64,000 nucleotides of DNA from NCBI RefSeq assembly GCF_009914755.1, contig NC_060947.1, one strand, 5' to 3'. Under the pieces are notes generated by a model. That model saw only the letters and a list, made by a program, of their open reading frames with translations, had not been told where the DNA came from and made no database searches. Source of the stretch: the human T2T-CHM13v2.0 reference genome, Homo sapiens. A program made the translations under genes and the position numbers. Positions 1 through 14,090 of this stretch are shown one piece after another (the first letter of the stretch is position 1; each line of letters begins with the position of its first letter).

Positions 1-1370
1 TCCTGCAAACCCTCTCGCTTTGCAGTTTTCTCCAACTCAGTAAGTAACGCCACTGAGTGTGCTCAGACCAGAAACCTTGGAGCCATTCTTAATTCCTCTC
101 TCTCTCTCTCTCTTATGTGTTGCACTAAATCCTTTCATCTCTATTTTCAAATGATGTAACTAATCTGACTACTTTTCATCACCTCTACTATGACTACACT
201 ACTTCAAGACACCATCATCTTTTGCCTAGATTTCTATAATAATCTCCAAATTTGCTCCTAGGACACTACCCTTGCTCTGTGACTGACTGTTGTCCACACA
301 ACAACTACAGTGATCATTTTCAAATTGAAGTCAGGTTACATCAATCTCCTGCTCAAAAGTTTCCAGTGGTTTCTTTCTGCCTTTGAAATAATACCCAGAT
401 TGCTTCCCCCGATCTTTAAGGTCCTGTATGATCTGATCTCTGGTTATTCCTCTGACCTCATTCCCTACCACTCTACTCCATGCCTTCACACCGCACTCTA
501 GCTGTGCTGATCTCTGTTTCTCTTCTAGCACAACAAGCACACTTCAGATTGACAGCCACTGCATTTAGCCTTTCCTCTGTCTAGAGTGCTGTTCCCTCAG
601 ATATCCGCATGGCTGGCTCCACTTCTCTCAGTTCTCTCCTCAAATGTCCCCTCTTCAGAAAGGCCTTTCCTAACCATTCTATCTAAAGACCAACCATAAT
701 TATCCCTTCTCTTTCCCCATCTGCAGTGAGTTTATTAATGCCTCCCTCCACCCAAACTTCATGTCCACGTAGAACATCAGAATGTGATCTTATTTAGAAA
801 ACAGAGGGTCTTTTCAGAGGTAATCAAATTAAATGAGGTCATGCTGCATTAAAGTGGGCTCTATATCCAATGACTGGAGTCCTTGTAAGACGAGAGGAGG
901 ACGTACAGGCACACACAGAGAAGCCCATGTGAAGACAGAGACAGGGATTAGAGTGATGCAGACAAAAGTGAAAAAACATAAAGGATTACCAGTAACTACC
1001 AGAATCTAGGAAAAGTCAAGAAAGGATTCCTGAGAGCTTTGAGAGGGAAGATGGCCCTAATGATGCCTTGATTTCAGATTTCTAATCTCCAGTACCATGA
1101 ACGAAAAAATTTCCATTATTTTAAGCCATCCAATTTGTGGTAATTTGTTATGGCCATCCTAGGAAATTACTACACCTGTTTCATTTTTCTTCATAGCATT
1201 ATGGCATTATGGCAATTACATGATAATATAATATAGGTCTATTTGTTTACTGTCTGTCTCCCTCACTAGAATATAAATGTTTGAGGATAATGCTGTATCA
1301 TGGAGATAAAAGCAGTGCTGGGCACTTATTAGGCACTCAATGAATGTCACCTGAGTGAATGAAAAAATGA
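1..1370 (+). mobile_element. L2 LINE 3' region, split by an MLT1 LTR
   Basis: L2-type phrases (gctcagaccagaaaccttggag..., ctcctcaaatgtcccctcttcagaaaggcctt, 3' end gcacttattaggcactcaatgaatg). Confidence 0.75.
722..1174 (+). mobile_element. MLT1C/B-like MaLR solo LTR
   Basis: cagaatgtgatcttatttagaaa...aaatgaggtcat...ttttaagccatccaatttgtggtaatttgttatgg...ctaca typical of MLT1. Confidence 0.8.
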
Positions 1371-1961
1371 ACAAGGAAAGAAAAACATGAATTTCTCACT
1401 ATGTGTGAAATTCTGTTTTGCATGCTTATAGTGCTCGCTTTCTGTCTCCCTCCCTCTCTCTCTCCTCCCCCTCTTACCTTTTGGAGAGAAATCTAATGCC
1501 CCAGGAGTCTAGGTTCTTAAAAGTTGATGTTCCCTTTCCCTGCTTTCCCTTTCTTTTTCTCCTCCTCCTATTTCATTTTATTTTTCTCCCGTCTCATATT
1601 CATAACATCTCTGGTATGTACCATGTATGCTATCCAATTAACAAGCTATTATTACATCCATTATCTCATTTGACTCTTCATGTATCGTGCCCCAGTGCTC
1701 AGAAACTGGGCTTCCATGTGAGTGATGATGCCTTAGATAGAACCTGGTCTTGACTAAAGAGTGCCGATGAGTGAGGCCTTTCCAACAGAGAAGTGCCAGC
1801 CAGGAAATATGGGAAGTATGCTTGTCAAGCAAAGCTTGATTTAAGACCTGGATCCAATGACAGGAAAGCTTCTTGACTTCCTTCCTTTTTTGCCACTGAG
1901 TCTGAGATTATGCCAGAGAATGTGGTAACCCTCAAACACCTATAGAAAGTATCCCAGGGAG

Positions 1962-2413
<452 letters not shown>

Positions 2414-2544
2414 TCAGTTTCTGAGCACTACAGCCATGATACATGAAGGATCAAATGAGATAATGGAGGTAACAGTAGCTTGTTAGTTAGCTAGCATACG
2501 TGATACATACCAGAGATGTTGTTATGAATATGATAATGGAGAAA

Positions 2545-2645
2545 AAGAAAATAAAACAGGAGGAGGAGAAAGAGAAAATGGGGAAGAGGAGAAGGAGTGG
2601 AGAAGGTAGAAGAGGGAAAGGAGGGAGAAAATGAGAAGGAAGAGA
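2545..2645. repeat. Purine-rich (GA) low-complexity tract
   Basis: aggaggagaaagagaaaatggggaagaggagaagg... Confidence 0.8.
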
Positions 2646-3599
2646 AATCGTTCATTTAGTCCTACATGTCATTGGTGAATATAACATACAGAAGATTGCA
2701 AATGTGACCACTAAACTTTTGACACTCTGGCAGTCACTTGTTTGGGCACCTTGGACAAGTCCCTTTCCTTGCCTAGGCCCTGGTTTCCCCACTAGTCAAT
2801 TTGAGGAGTTCACTCCTTAGATGCTCTCCAAGGACCTGCACAACTCTGACCTCTTTAAGTCCATAATCTTTGCATTCGCCTGTTTAGCTCTGTGATCTGG
2901 GTCAGTGGAGCCGCGAAGCATCAAGGCCAACCGGGACACAGTTTGGGGACTTAGCAGATGTCCTTGAAAACAGGCAAAGATTCCCAGTGCCAAAATTACT
3001 TCAGTCCATGAATGGGAACCTTAGCTGCCTTCCCATAGTCCCCAGCTTTATTCCCAGAAAAACATTGGTCCTGGGGGCTTGCTGATGTGTATCTTATTTT
3101 ACAGTTCTTTTTCCTAAAAAATAAATAGCACAAGCTATCATTTGTTCCTCTGCACAGAATAAAACGGTCCAATGAAATTCAGCCAATTTGTCCTTTAATA
3201 CTTTTTATTGGCTCTTTAATGATAAATTCATTTGAGCACTTTGCCCCAGAACCTAATTCACAGTAACTCTTAATGTAAATGAGGCCTCTCCCAATCTCTG
3301 CTCCTGGCCCCTTTTGAACTTTCATAAATCACACCTCGCTGTCTTAGCCACAGCCACTCTAGTCTTACTTTGGGAAAGGATCCAGCATGACAAGAACTAC
3401 ACTTACAGTTCCACAGAAATTAACTATAGGCAGGTATCCCCAGAGGAAGCCAGCCTAGACTAGAAATGGAGGGGGCACAGTCTACGAACACCATGTTGCT
3501 TCCTTACTGTTAAATCTTTCCAAGATAACTGGTGCGGAATCTAAATCCCTTGCCCAAATGTAGGCTCAGAATACTTTACAATTCAAAAAAAGGACTTGT

Positions 3600-3900
3600 C
3601 ATACACTAGGAATAATACTGGATCTAGAACCCAAAAGACCAAAGTAAAATTTTAGCTTTACCACTTACTGCGCTTTGGGCAATTTACATAATGTCTCTGA
3701 GCCTCCTGACTCTCCTCATCTCTAAAATGGAAATAATAATAGTACATAACAAATAACATTGAATAAGGTACCTTTCTCTAAAGCACATAGCACAATGCCT
3801 GGCACATATGTGTCCAATAAATATTAGCTATTAGCCACTGATAGTATTAAATGAAATGATGGGTGTGGGTATGCTATGTAAAATAAAAAGAGCCACCCAA
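3600..3900 (+). mobile_element. MIR
   Basis: MIR core tctctgagcctc...ctcatctctaaaatggaaataataatagta; 3' cacatagcacaatgcctggcacata. Confidence 0.8.
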
Positions 3901-4029
3901 AGTGTGTTTGCAAAATAGGTGACTCTAATGTGAGCAGCTACATTTTAGCCTTAGTTTCATTATATTGCATCATTATCATCATGAGCAAAGGTCACATATT
4001 CAAATTTGTTCAAAGGAAATAATCATAGA

Positions 4030-5140
4030 TATAGGCACAAATTTAGGTGCAAGCTGTAGCATCATTATGATAGCTGACAAATGGTACCTACCTAAATGTC
4101 AAAAAAAAGCCTAGTTGAGGAAACTGTAACATCTACATACAATAGACTACTAGGCAGCAATTAAAATGATGCTCTGAAACTATATTTATTGACACAAAAA
4201 TATGTCTGAAATGTACTCTCCATCAAAAAATAAGATTGGGAAACAGATGTTCTATTTTCTATTTTATAAACCTATCTTGTATTAATTTGAACAATTTTTT
4301 ACCTTGTAAATAAAATAAGTGTGTACCATATGATCTTACTTTTGCAAATACATAGTATATATGTTAAAATGCAGAGGAAGATTCCCAAAGATATTACAGG
4401 AAATGGTGATTATGCCTGGATAACATGAACTTAGTTGACTTTTACTTCTTCTTTGAACTTAGTTGAAAAACTTTCAGGGTTTTGTTTTTAATAATTTGTT
4501 TAAAACAATGAACTTGTATCTGTTCAGTATCATGACAGATAGCATCCCTAGCCCTTAGTCTCTAAGTCTCTCAAAGTAGCCAAAACTTGGTTTCAGAGGC
4601 TGACGTGCTGGTTTCAGGGAGATTTGAGCTTCCCAGTAAGCACAGGCAGGCACCTACCTACTGCCCCCCAAACATACTGTGTCAGATAAATAAAGGCAAA
4701 ATATAAATTTTAAAAATTATGCCATTCAGGAAGAAAGAGCACAAGGAGGAGTGATTACTTAAATGGGTATGAAGTTTCCTTTTGGTGTGATGAAAGTGTC
4801 TGGGAACTAGATAGAGCAGATGGTTGCACAACATTGTTAACGTATTAAATACCACTGAATTGCACATTTAGAAACAGTTAACACTATTTTATTATATATT
4901 GCAAAATAGCTAGAAGAGTTGAAATATTCCCAATGCAATAAAATAATAAATGCTTGAGATGATGGATACCGCAAGTACTCTGATTTGATCATTAACACAC
5001 TACATGCTTATATCAAAATCACATGTGCCCCATTAATAAAATACAAGTATTATGTATCCATAATAATTAGAAATTTAAAAATGGAAAAAAATGTTTAATA
5101 TGTGTTGCGTGAATTTCACTTTAATAAAAAAATAAAAATT
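4030..5140 (+). mobile_element. Old L1 3' fragments (L1ME/L1MB with nested L1MA-like 3' end at ~4885-5085)
   Basis: gtttccttttggtgtgatgaaagtgtctgggaactagatag...atggttgcacaacattg; caaaatagctagaagag...tgatttgatcatt. Confidence 0.7.
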
Positions 5141-5367
5141 AAGTCACCAACTAAGTGCAGGTAACTTGATTATTCATGTGAAAATTTTTGCCTCTTAAGT
5201 TTTTGTGTGGCCAACATGTAAACACCTGCACAACTAGACCAAAATTTTAACAGAAGCCTTTTCACTTTGCTGGGGAGAGATGTATGTTATTAACCAATAT
5301 GCAGATTTCATCACGTTGTTATCATAGTCATAGAACGTCAGAACTGAAAAACAGCTCAGCCAGTTCA

Positions 5368-5742
<375 letters not shown>

Positions 5743-7128
5743 TTAGAATTCAAGTGTCCCTGTTCAGCATTCTTTCCACCATAATCTACAGCTAGTCTTT
5801 TCTTCATTTATTTTTCTGGGCCTCTTTAAGAATTATTTTTTAAATAAATATTTACTCTTTGATCAGATTCTCTGCCTTCATGCCATTTTCCAGAATTTGC
5901 TTTGTGAACCCAAAATCTTTCGATAAACTGTACATACGCCATGTGTTTTGATGGTTATATTGAGCAAAGTCATCCTTGTTTGATATAGTTATTTCAGTTG
6001 TGAGAAGCAGGTGATGGGTTTTGGATTGACTCAGTAATGCTCCACACCTTCTCGGCCCTACCACTTTATTCCTGGGAAAGCTGAAGACCTAGGTTTTATC
6101 TGGGTCTCAAAAGCACTATCATTAACACAGCAGTTTCTGTGTCTGTGCCCCTTACACTGCCCTGATTCCAAAACCCAGCTAGATTGTTTATTTGCTGGAC
6201 AAAAACATATTTCCATCAACAGCCAAGAAAATTATACCTTACTTGATCTTTGTATAGATTAATTTCTGAGAAAGCCTATGATCATGTGGCTTTCAAATTT
6301 TTCTCCACAGTTGAACAGTACAGTTGCCAGTGAACTCTCCTATTTGGAATCAGAGGAGCATTGACATGAGGGAGGCAGCAAGGACCTTCTGGAACACCTT
6401 GTTAAGTTTCATGTCATTAATTTTCAGCTTTGCAACACATCCATGCGGCCATTTGGAGTCTGACGTGAAGTATGTTATTCCTGCAAAATGGCAGGTTTTC
6501 GAAAACATGCTGGGCAGCTATGACATTGTTAGGAGTTCTGATACATTTGGAGCGAATGATCTGATTTGAATCTGTATCCCAGCCTCTGGGGGTTTACCCA
6601 TTGCACATCTTAGCAGTGAAACCCTATATAGTGATTCAAAATCACTTCCTAAGCTTTAGAACAAACAAGATTAAGGAGTTCAGTTTGTTTCTTGCCTATC
6701 AGAGAACGGTTGATGACTTGGTAAGTAATAACTTGAGCAGGAAAGAAAGGAGAAGGAATTCTATTTGTTAACATATCCCAATCTGTGCAAATAATCAATT
6801 TTGAACCAAGGCCAATTTTATGGTGGGGCTTCTGATGCAAGGGAACAAGAGTTTTCCCAGGCAGATTCAACAAAGTCAGCTACAGTTGGATTCACTCAGC
6901 ATTACTTGCAAGAAAAAAAAAAAAAAAAACTCAAAACAAATGATCATTGACACTAAATTTGGCCACTATACATAGATAGATGTAGACCAAACTTTGAAAG
7001 GACTGCCAGTGATATGTCCCCTCTCACAATCTCCAATTCAGGGATAAAATGAGAAGGTTGACTGCTGTGATTTTCCACATTTTTTTTTCCACAGTGACAC
7101 ACAAGCAAGGAACACACTCCATCGAGGA

Positions 7129-7479
7129 GGCTACAGTCTGAATGTCTGCATCCCCACAAAACTCATATGTTGAAATCCTAGCCTCGAAGTTCATGGCTTT
7201 TGGGAAGTTATTAGGTCATGAGGTTGGAGGCCTTATGAACAGGATTAGTGTCCTTATAAAAGAGGCCACAGAGAACTCCCTCAATCCTTCCACCATGTGA
7301 GGACACAGTGAGAAGGCACCATCTATGAGCCAGAAAGTGGGGTCTCACCAGACATTAAATCTTCCAGTGCCTTGATCTTGGACTTTTCAGCCTCTGGAAC
7401 AGTGAGAAACAAATTTCTGTTATTTCTAAACCACTCAATGTATGGTATTTTGTTATAGCAGCCCAAATGGACTAAGACA
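7129..7479 (+). mobile_element. MLT1A-like MaLR solo LTR
   Basis: ctgaatgtctgcatccccacaaaactcatatgttgaaatcct...ttgttatagcagcccaaatggactaagaca. Confidence 0.85.
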
Positions 7480-7899
7480 GGTGGTTACCCAGATTATGAT
7501 AAATCATGTGTGCATGTGTGTGTGCACGCATGTGTGTTGGAGAGAAAGTGGGAGGAAGCAAGGCAATGAGGCAGCTGAGGACAGGTGGCTGAAGTACTCC
7601 AGGTAAATCTTGGCACACAGGAAATCAGGTGGCTCATAGACTCTAATTTATTTCAAAAGGTAAATCAAAGTTGGAAACTCCTGGACTGCATACATACTAA
7701 AGTCCTTTGCACTGTTTAAAATAACTGACTTGAATAAAAAATACTATTATCCTTATGAGATTTTTAAGTATCATAACTTTCTTGTGGCCACATTTATGTG
7801 GTACCCAACTGGACTCTTATGAAGGGGTGAAAACTATGCTTCAGATGTCATGTTTATGCCCATGTCAGCCTCCACATGATTAACTTCATTCAATGGTTA

Positions 7900-8190
7900 T
7901 GGGCTGATATAAAGGATGGATTTTAGAGACAGAAGACCTGGACTCAATTTTTTTTTATCTGCCATTGACTAGCTTTATATGCCTCAGTTTCTTCATCTCA
8001 ACTGAAATCCTGGAGCAACTATCTGAAATTTCCTCAATTTCTCTATGGTTTGCTCTCATCATCTATAAAATGAAGATAATAATAGTACTTCTCTCCTAGG
8101 CCTGTTAAGGATTTAAAGAAAAGATACTTGTAGAGCTCTTCAAGTTGCCTATGGCAGAGAAAATGCTCAATAAGTGTTACTGATAGGTAA
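7900..8190 (+). mobile_element. MIR fragments
   Basis: gcctcagtttcttcatct, atctataaaatgaagataataatagtac, aaatgctcaataagtgtta. Confidence 0.7.
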
Positions 8191-8214
8191 TAGTAACATC
8201 ATCTTTGTGACCAT

Positions 8215-8374
8215 CATTATTATTATTATTGATGGGATCTACCTCTGTCACCCAGGCTGGAATGCAATGGTGCAATCATAACTCACTGCGGCCTTGAACT
8301 CTTCTCCTCAAGCAATCCTCCCACCTCAGCCACCCAAGTAACTGAGACTACAGGCGTAAGCCGCTGCACCTGGC
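8215..8374 (-). mobile_element. Alu monomer (FLAM/FRAM/AluJ fragment) with (TAT)n tail
   Basis: ctctgtcacccaggctggaatgcaatggtgcaatcataactcactgc...ctcaagcaatcctcccacctcagcc. Confidence 0.9.
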
Positions 8375-8807
8375 TTTTAACATTATTATTAAGGTGCTTT
8401 TCATAGCTCCCAGGATACAGTAGGCACTTAAAATTGGCTTTTGAATGAATTTATCAAGTTCCTATACCATAAAAATGCACATAAAACTACTACTAATAAT
8501 AAGCTACATTTTTGAGCTATAATGTGTCAAGCACCATGACCACAGCAGCTGTTTTAACATAAAGTAACTTGCTTAACCCTAACAATGCATCTGCAAAGTA
8601 AGTTTCCAGTAGAGATTCCCATAGATCAAGAACCTGACATCACTAGTCACACACCACTAGTAAATCACAAAGTCAGGATTTGAACTCAGGTCTGTCTTAC
8701 TGGAAAGTGACTATTAATAATGATAACAAAAATAGCAAAGACTCATGGAGTGCTTAGTACATAACAGGCATTAATACCTGTTACGTAGTAAGCAATACCC
8801 AATGTGT

Positions 8808-9004
8808 TTTTTTCAAACTCTTATTTTAAATTCACGGGTACATTTCAGGTCTGTTACATAGGTAAACTTGTGTCATGGGGGTTTGTTGTAGAGATTATCT
8901 CATCACTCAGGTAGTAAGCTTAATACCAATTAGTTATTAATATTTTCCTGATCCTCTCCCTCCTCCCACCCTCTGCCCTCCGATAGGCCCCAGTGTGTGC
9001 TGTT
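8808..9004 (-). mobile_element. Short L1PA 3' end
   Basis: tgttacataggtaaacttgtgtcatgggggtttgttgta...cctgatcctctccctcctcccaccctc...ggccccagtgtgtg. Confidence 0.9.
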
Positions 9005-9029
9005 AAACGTGCATTGAGACTGCATCTAA

Positions 9030-9336
9030 GGCCGAGTGTGGTGGCTCACGCCTGTAATCCCAACACTTTGGGAGGCTGGGGTGGGGCAGATCACTTGAGC
9101 TCAGGAATTCAAGACCAGTCTTGGCAACATGGCAAAACCCCATCTCTACAAAAATTACAAAAATTAGCCGGGTGTGCTAGTGCACGGCTGCAGTCCCAGC
9201 AGGCTTGGGGAAGTGAGGCAGCAGGATTGTTTGAGCCCGGGAGGTTGAGGCTTCAGTGAGCCATGTTCATGTCACTGTACTCCAGCCTGGGTGAAAGAGG
9301 GAGACCCTGTCTCAAAAAAAAAAAAAAAAAAAAAAA
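9030..9336 (+). mobile_element. Full-length Alu (AluJ-like)
   Basis: Dimeric Alu, ttgagcccgggaggttgagg right arm, long A tail. Confidence 0.95.
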
Positions 9337-9648
9337 GACTGTGTACAGTGTATTCTTGGTTTCCAGGGTTATAAATTAGAAAGGCACTGGAAATATTGAG
9401 AGAACTGGGGTGTCAAGATGCAAAAAAAGCAGAGGCTATCTCTTGCTCTCTCTCTTTGTCTAAAGAAGGAAGCAAAGGTAACAAAAGCCCATGCTGCAGA
9501 GGAACAATTTGGGATCTAAGTAGAGCACAAACAAACACAAACCCTTCCTGGAAACTTGGGTCAGAATCCTAGAACTAGCCAAGGCCTTGAAAAGCAAACT
9601 TGGCAAACCCCCTGATTTGTAGTCCAGAAAGCTGAAGTCCTGAGAAGG

Positions 9649-9799
9649 GGAGCAATGCAGTTTATCATCTCCCACAGGATCTCAAAGTATTTGCAAGCTC
9701 TGCAAGCAGAGGGTGGGAGGAGGGAGAGGATCAGGAAAATATTAATTTGGAGCAATGCAGTTTATCATCTCCCACAGGATCTCAAAGTATTTGCAAGCT
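9649..9799. repeat. 51-bp perfect direct repeat around a 49-bp templated insert
   Basis: ggagcaatgcag...tttgcaagct at 9649-9699 and 9749-9799; 9706-9746 is the reverse complement of 8936-8976. Confidence 0.95.
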
Positions 9800-12700
9800 T
9801 TGGAGTCTGGTGGGGTAAGGCCACTACAACATTTATCATGGGTTCTGTAGGGCCCAGAGGCAAAATGTGACAATCATGCATCTGGCACAGGTCCTGGCCC
9901 TCAAGGAGCTTACTGTCCACTGAGAGAGACAAACAAGTCATGAGCACATGAATTTAAGCCAGGAGAGAAGTTCAATCACACAGACAATGTGAGTTCTGAG
10001 GAAGTAAATCCCTTTCATTTGGTGTTAGGGTGTCAAAAGAAGCTTAGTAAAATAGATGATACTGACAAAAGACAAGTAAAATCACAAGAAGGAGAAATAC
10101 ATTTAGGTAAACTGCTATATATCAGAGGCAGAAAACTTCAGGGTGTGTTCAGCAAGAGGTAAGGGGTCTAGTTCTGCTGGAAATGAGCGCACATGAAGGA
10201 GAACAGAGGGGCATAGGCTGCTCAGTTTATTGGAAAGCCTATGGACAAGAAGCTAGGGAGGGGAGATTCTGTTCCTTAGCTGTCGTAGTCTGAGTACAGG
10301 ACGAAGCTGATAGAACTAAGCCTTAGAAAGAGGTACCTGGCACCACTTTATGTTAAATGCTGGAAAGAGAAGAGGCCAGAGAAGGAAGGCATGGGAAGCT
10401 GAAGAACAGCTAGGAGGCTATCTGTTGCAATATACAGGCAAGAGGTATCGAGTGCCTGCCTAAATGAAATAGAGAAATGCCCTGGGAAGAGGAAAGGAGG
10501 GGTGGCTGCCAGCTACACTTTTGCTTCTCTTCCATTAAGGCTATGCTTAATTGCTGAATGGCACCCAGGTGACCTGAAGCAATACCTAGTCCCAACTCAC
10601 ACCCATCTTATTCCTTAGATACTTTTGCTCCCTAAAAGGATGTGACTCACTAAATAGCTTCTGATTATTCAGTCCTTCTATTCCAGCCTGCATTTGGTCA
10701 AACTCTGGCATAATTGAACACCTTTTAACATTCTCAAATCTTAAATTTTATGATCTCATCAACACATTCCTACTGATTGCTTTCTTTCTTGTCAGAGAAA
10801 AGTATCGAAGTGGGATGCACAGGCAGAAGCCAGCCAGTTCAAACAACAGCCCTTAAACTGTGATCACATCAACAACTGCATCCCATTGTCTGTGACCACT
10901 GCTTTTCTGGGTCTTAGCTTCTAGTTGGAGCTTCTTGCTGCACCAATCCTCAAACAACAAAAGGCATCTGCCTCTCAGGATCGGCGCTACTTGGCAATTT
11001 GATATGTGCATTCAGAAACTAGCATTTACCAATCGAAATGCTTCAAAAGTAGCTGGGAGGCAAAGGGCAGGAGATCCCTGATTAATTCTCCACCATGTTC
11101 TTAGACATTCCAAGAACCCCAAAAGCCCCACAAGAGAAATTAGTCCTTGGCACTGCATGTTTACTTTTGACCTACTCAGAGCAATCTGCACTATCCTCCC
11201 ACCATTCAGTGAAGATATCTGCTAAAAATAAACTAGATGGATTTGACTTTCTCCACTAAGATAAGTTACTGATCTTAGGGTAAGGCAATAATACTCAGTA
11301 AAGCCATCTCTGTACCAACAGAACACATCTCAAATCTTACTACAACAAAGTCTGTTTAACAACTTTCACAAAGACTAAAAATGGAACCACCACAAGCAAG
11401 CAAAAGAGCTTGGAGTGATCAGCAGGGAAAAGAATAATAAAGAAGGAGGCATCAGCCTTACAGGGATGAGCACTGGGGCATGCTGCAAATACCTGTGGAG
11501 CACTATTTACTAGAACCAATGGCGAGCAAAATCATCCCTATGAAAAGAGATGTAAAATTAGTCAGTTGGTCAGCTTTCTGCAACACACCAGGTGGAGGGT
11601 ATGGTTCTAGGAGACTGGGGATAGTTGTCACAATCACACCTCAGCTTTCGCAGCCATGTGATTTCCTGCCTTCAAATTTGTCCCATCCTGATTCTAATTT
11701 ACTACCCTGCCTGTGCATGCAACTTTCAGACAGCTCCTCCTTGGAAGCTGCTTTCAGAGCTGGTCATACATACTTTGAAACATCTGCTATTGCGAGAAGA
11801 ACCAAGGGTCAGTGGAGAAGCAAGCGACAGATGGAACTGACTCAAGAAAAAGAGATAAACTCAAACCTCCCACTAGAGAGCTAAAAACTTCCAGAGATAG
11901 TGAAGTGGGCTCTAAACTTACTTCAGGATTTGGTCATCTATTATTCTGGATGTTAAAGGAAGATGTGATCCCAGAATCTACACTGGGGTATTACTTTTAC
12001 AAGCTGCTCTTCTTGGGCAGGACTACTAATGGCCTCAGTCTACTGGGGATGCTAGTGGTTCCAGCCTGCTGGATTTCCATGGAGCCAAGATGCACATGTT
12101 GGGTAGCACTCAGGACGCTGGGCTTAGGAACACGTGCAAGAGTACAACAGTATCTCTGCTGTCACAACACCCCCCATATAACTGAGCCCTCCAATAGCGA
12201 ACAAGTGTAATGCTACTATTCAGAGAACTGAATACATCATGTCCAAGTGCTTTGGCAGACATTACTTTATTAGATTCTCCCAACATTTCATGGTCAGGGT
12301 TTTTATCTCTATCAACAGATGAAGGATCTGAGACTGGGAGCAATGAAATGACTTGACCAAAGTCACTTTGCTTGGTAGAGGACGCCAGGGATAGCACCTC
12401 AGCCTAATACAGAAATGTGAATGAAGAAAAGACTAGCAAATCTGATATGCCTTTCAGATATCACATTGTCATACAGGCCGTCTCTAGTGCCTTTTTGTTT
12501 TTTTAGATGAATATCCCAAGAGAGGATTCCTTTCTTAAAAATGTGGCAGGACCCAGAAAACTAAGATTGAGAAGTGAGTTACTCTGCATCTTATGAACAT
12601 GGTAGACAGAGCTATATATCTCTGTTAATGGTGCTGCATGAAGAACTATCATGTAGTTCTAAAGTTCAGTGAAGAAAACTATACAAACTGTATGTACACA

Positions 12701-13879
12701 ATGCAAAACCACTGTTTTCAAACCTACATGAATTAGAAACAGAGTTTGGAATGGACTTCAAGGAACTAGAGCTAATGGAGCTACTGGCTGTGGAAAAGCT
12801 GAGGTTCAGCACACTTAGGAGCCATATCCAGGTGAGAGGAGTTGCATACAGTTGAGGGCTGCATAGTGGCAAGGGCAAGGCCATACAGAGATAATAGGAG
12901 TCATGTTTAATAAGAGTCAGAAGAGGAGAGGGCTGACCTGACCAACAAACCCCTATATGTACAAATCATGGTAGAGAGCCAAAAATCAATTACAAAATAT
13001 GTTTTCAGTCTTCAAGGCACTTAAGGACTAACTGAAAATAAAGAACATATTCCATAGAAAAGATAACTGATAAAAAGGGTAGTCTAAACTGAGGGCCAAA
13101 TAAAGTTTCCCAGCCTGGGACGTTCCATCAAAAGTCCTGAGTCTTGATGCAGGCTTGACTCCCACTCTGCTATGTGACTCTGGATGAGACACTCCTCCTT
13201 TCTGGTCTTTAGCTTTTTATCTACACAGTGACGGGTCTGGACCACAAGATCTGTAAGACTGTTGCTGTGACAGCCCTAAATGGCGCTGCCAATTAGTGGA
13301 GTAAGGGAAGAAAAAATGTGCTCTCCTAGCCAGCAGAGCTCTGTCTTGAAACAGCAAAGTACAAATTGCCCCCAAATATATGCTGTCACCAAACATTCAT
13401 GCCCTCTGGCTGGCCTCCTGAGCAATCTCCTGAGGATAACCTTTGTTCCCAGCTTCCTTTCAGATAGTTGTCTGCCTCTTCTTTAATTGAGGAAGCTGTT
13501 GTTTCCAACAGCTGGATGTTGGTGTGCTCAGCCTTCAGGAAGATCCTACAGATGGGGTTGGAACTACCTGACAAAGCAGAGACTTGTTTCTGAAAAAAAG
13601 TTCCAGATCCTTTCAAAACCCAAAAGCCCTCGCTCAGGGAGCAGAGTAAGATGCTGTAGGGACAAGAAGCAGCCAAAGGAATTGCACACATCACACATTC
13701 TTGCCTCATTCCAGCAGCTTCAGAGATCAATCAGCAGAGATGAGGTCACTTTTGACCACTAAAATAAATACCTGAAAAACTGACTGTGGAACAGTGTGGA
13801 GCCGGGCAGAGGTTACTCACATAACAGGTGTTTGACAAATAGCTGAGGTCTTGAGATGAGGTCATAGAGAAGAGATAGC

Positions 13880-14090
13880 TTGGGTAGTAGAATAATAGTC
13901 TATCAGACTTCACTTTGAATCTCAACTCCTCCATTTGCAGGCTGAGTGGCTTCGGCCTAATTGTTCTACCTATCTGAGTCTCAGTTTTCTCATCTTTAAA
14001 ACTGGAGATGATAATGGAACCCAGCTCTTTGATTTGGTGTGAAGATTACATGTGACTTGGCACAATACTTGGAATACAGTAGATACTAAA
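13880..14090 (+). mobile_element. MIR
   Basis: ctgagtctcagttttctcatctttaaaactggagatgataatgg. Confidence 0.75.

Noticed and set aside
9649-9799. Repeat-spacer-repeat resembling a minimal CRISPR unit with an acquired spacer
   Set aside because: Only two repeats, eukaryotic context, no cas genes; explained by duplication with a local templated insert.
12670-12836. Plus-strand open stretch (RKLYKLYVHNAKPLFSNLHELETEFGMDF...) ending at cag|gtgaga
   Set aside because: No good acceptor, no recognised homology, and opposite to the better-supported minus-strand exons.
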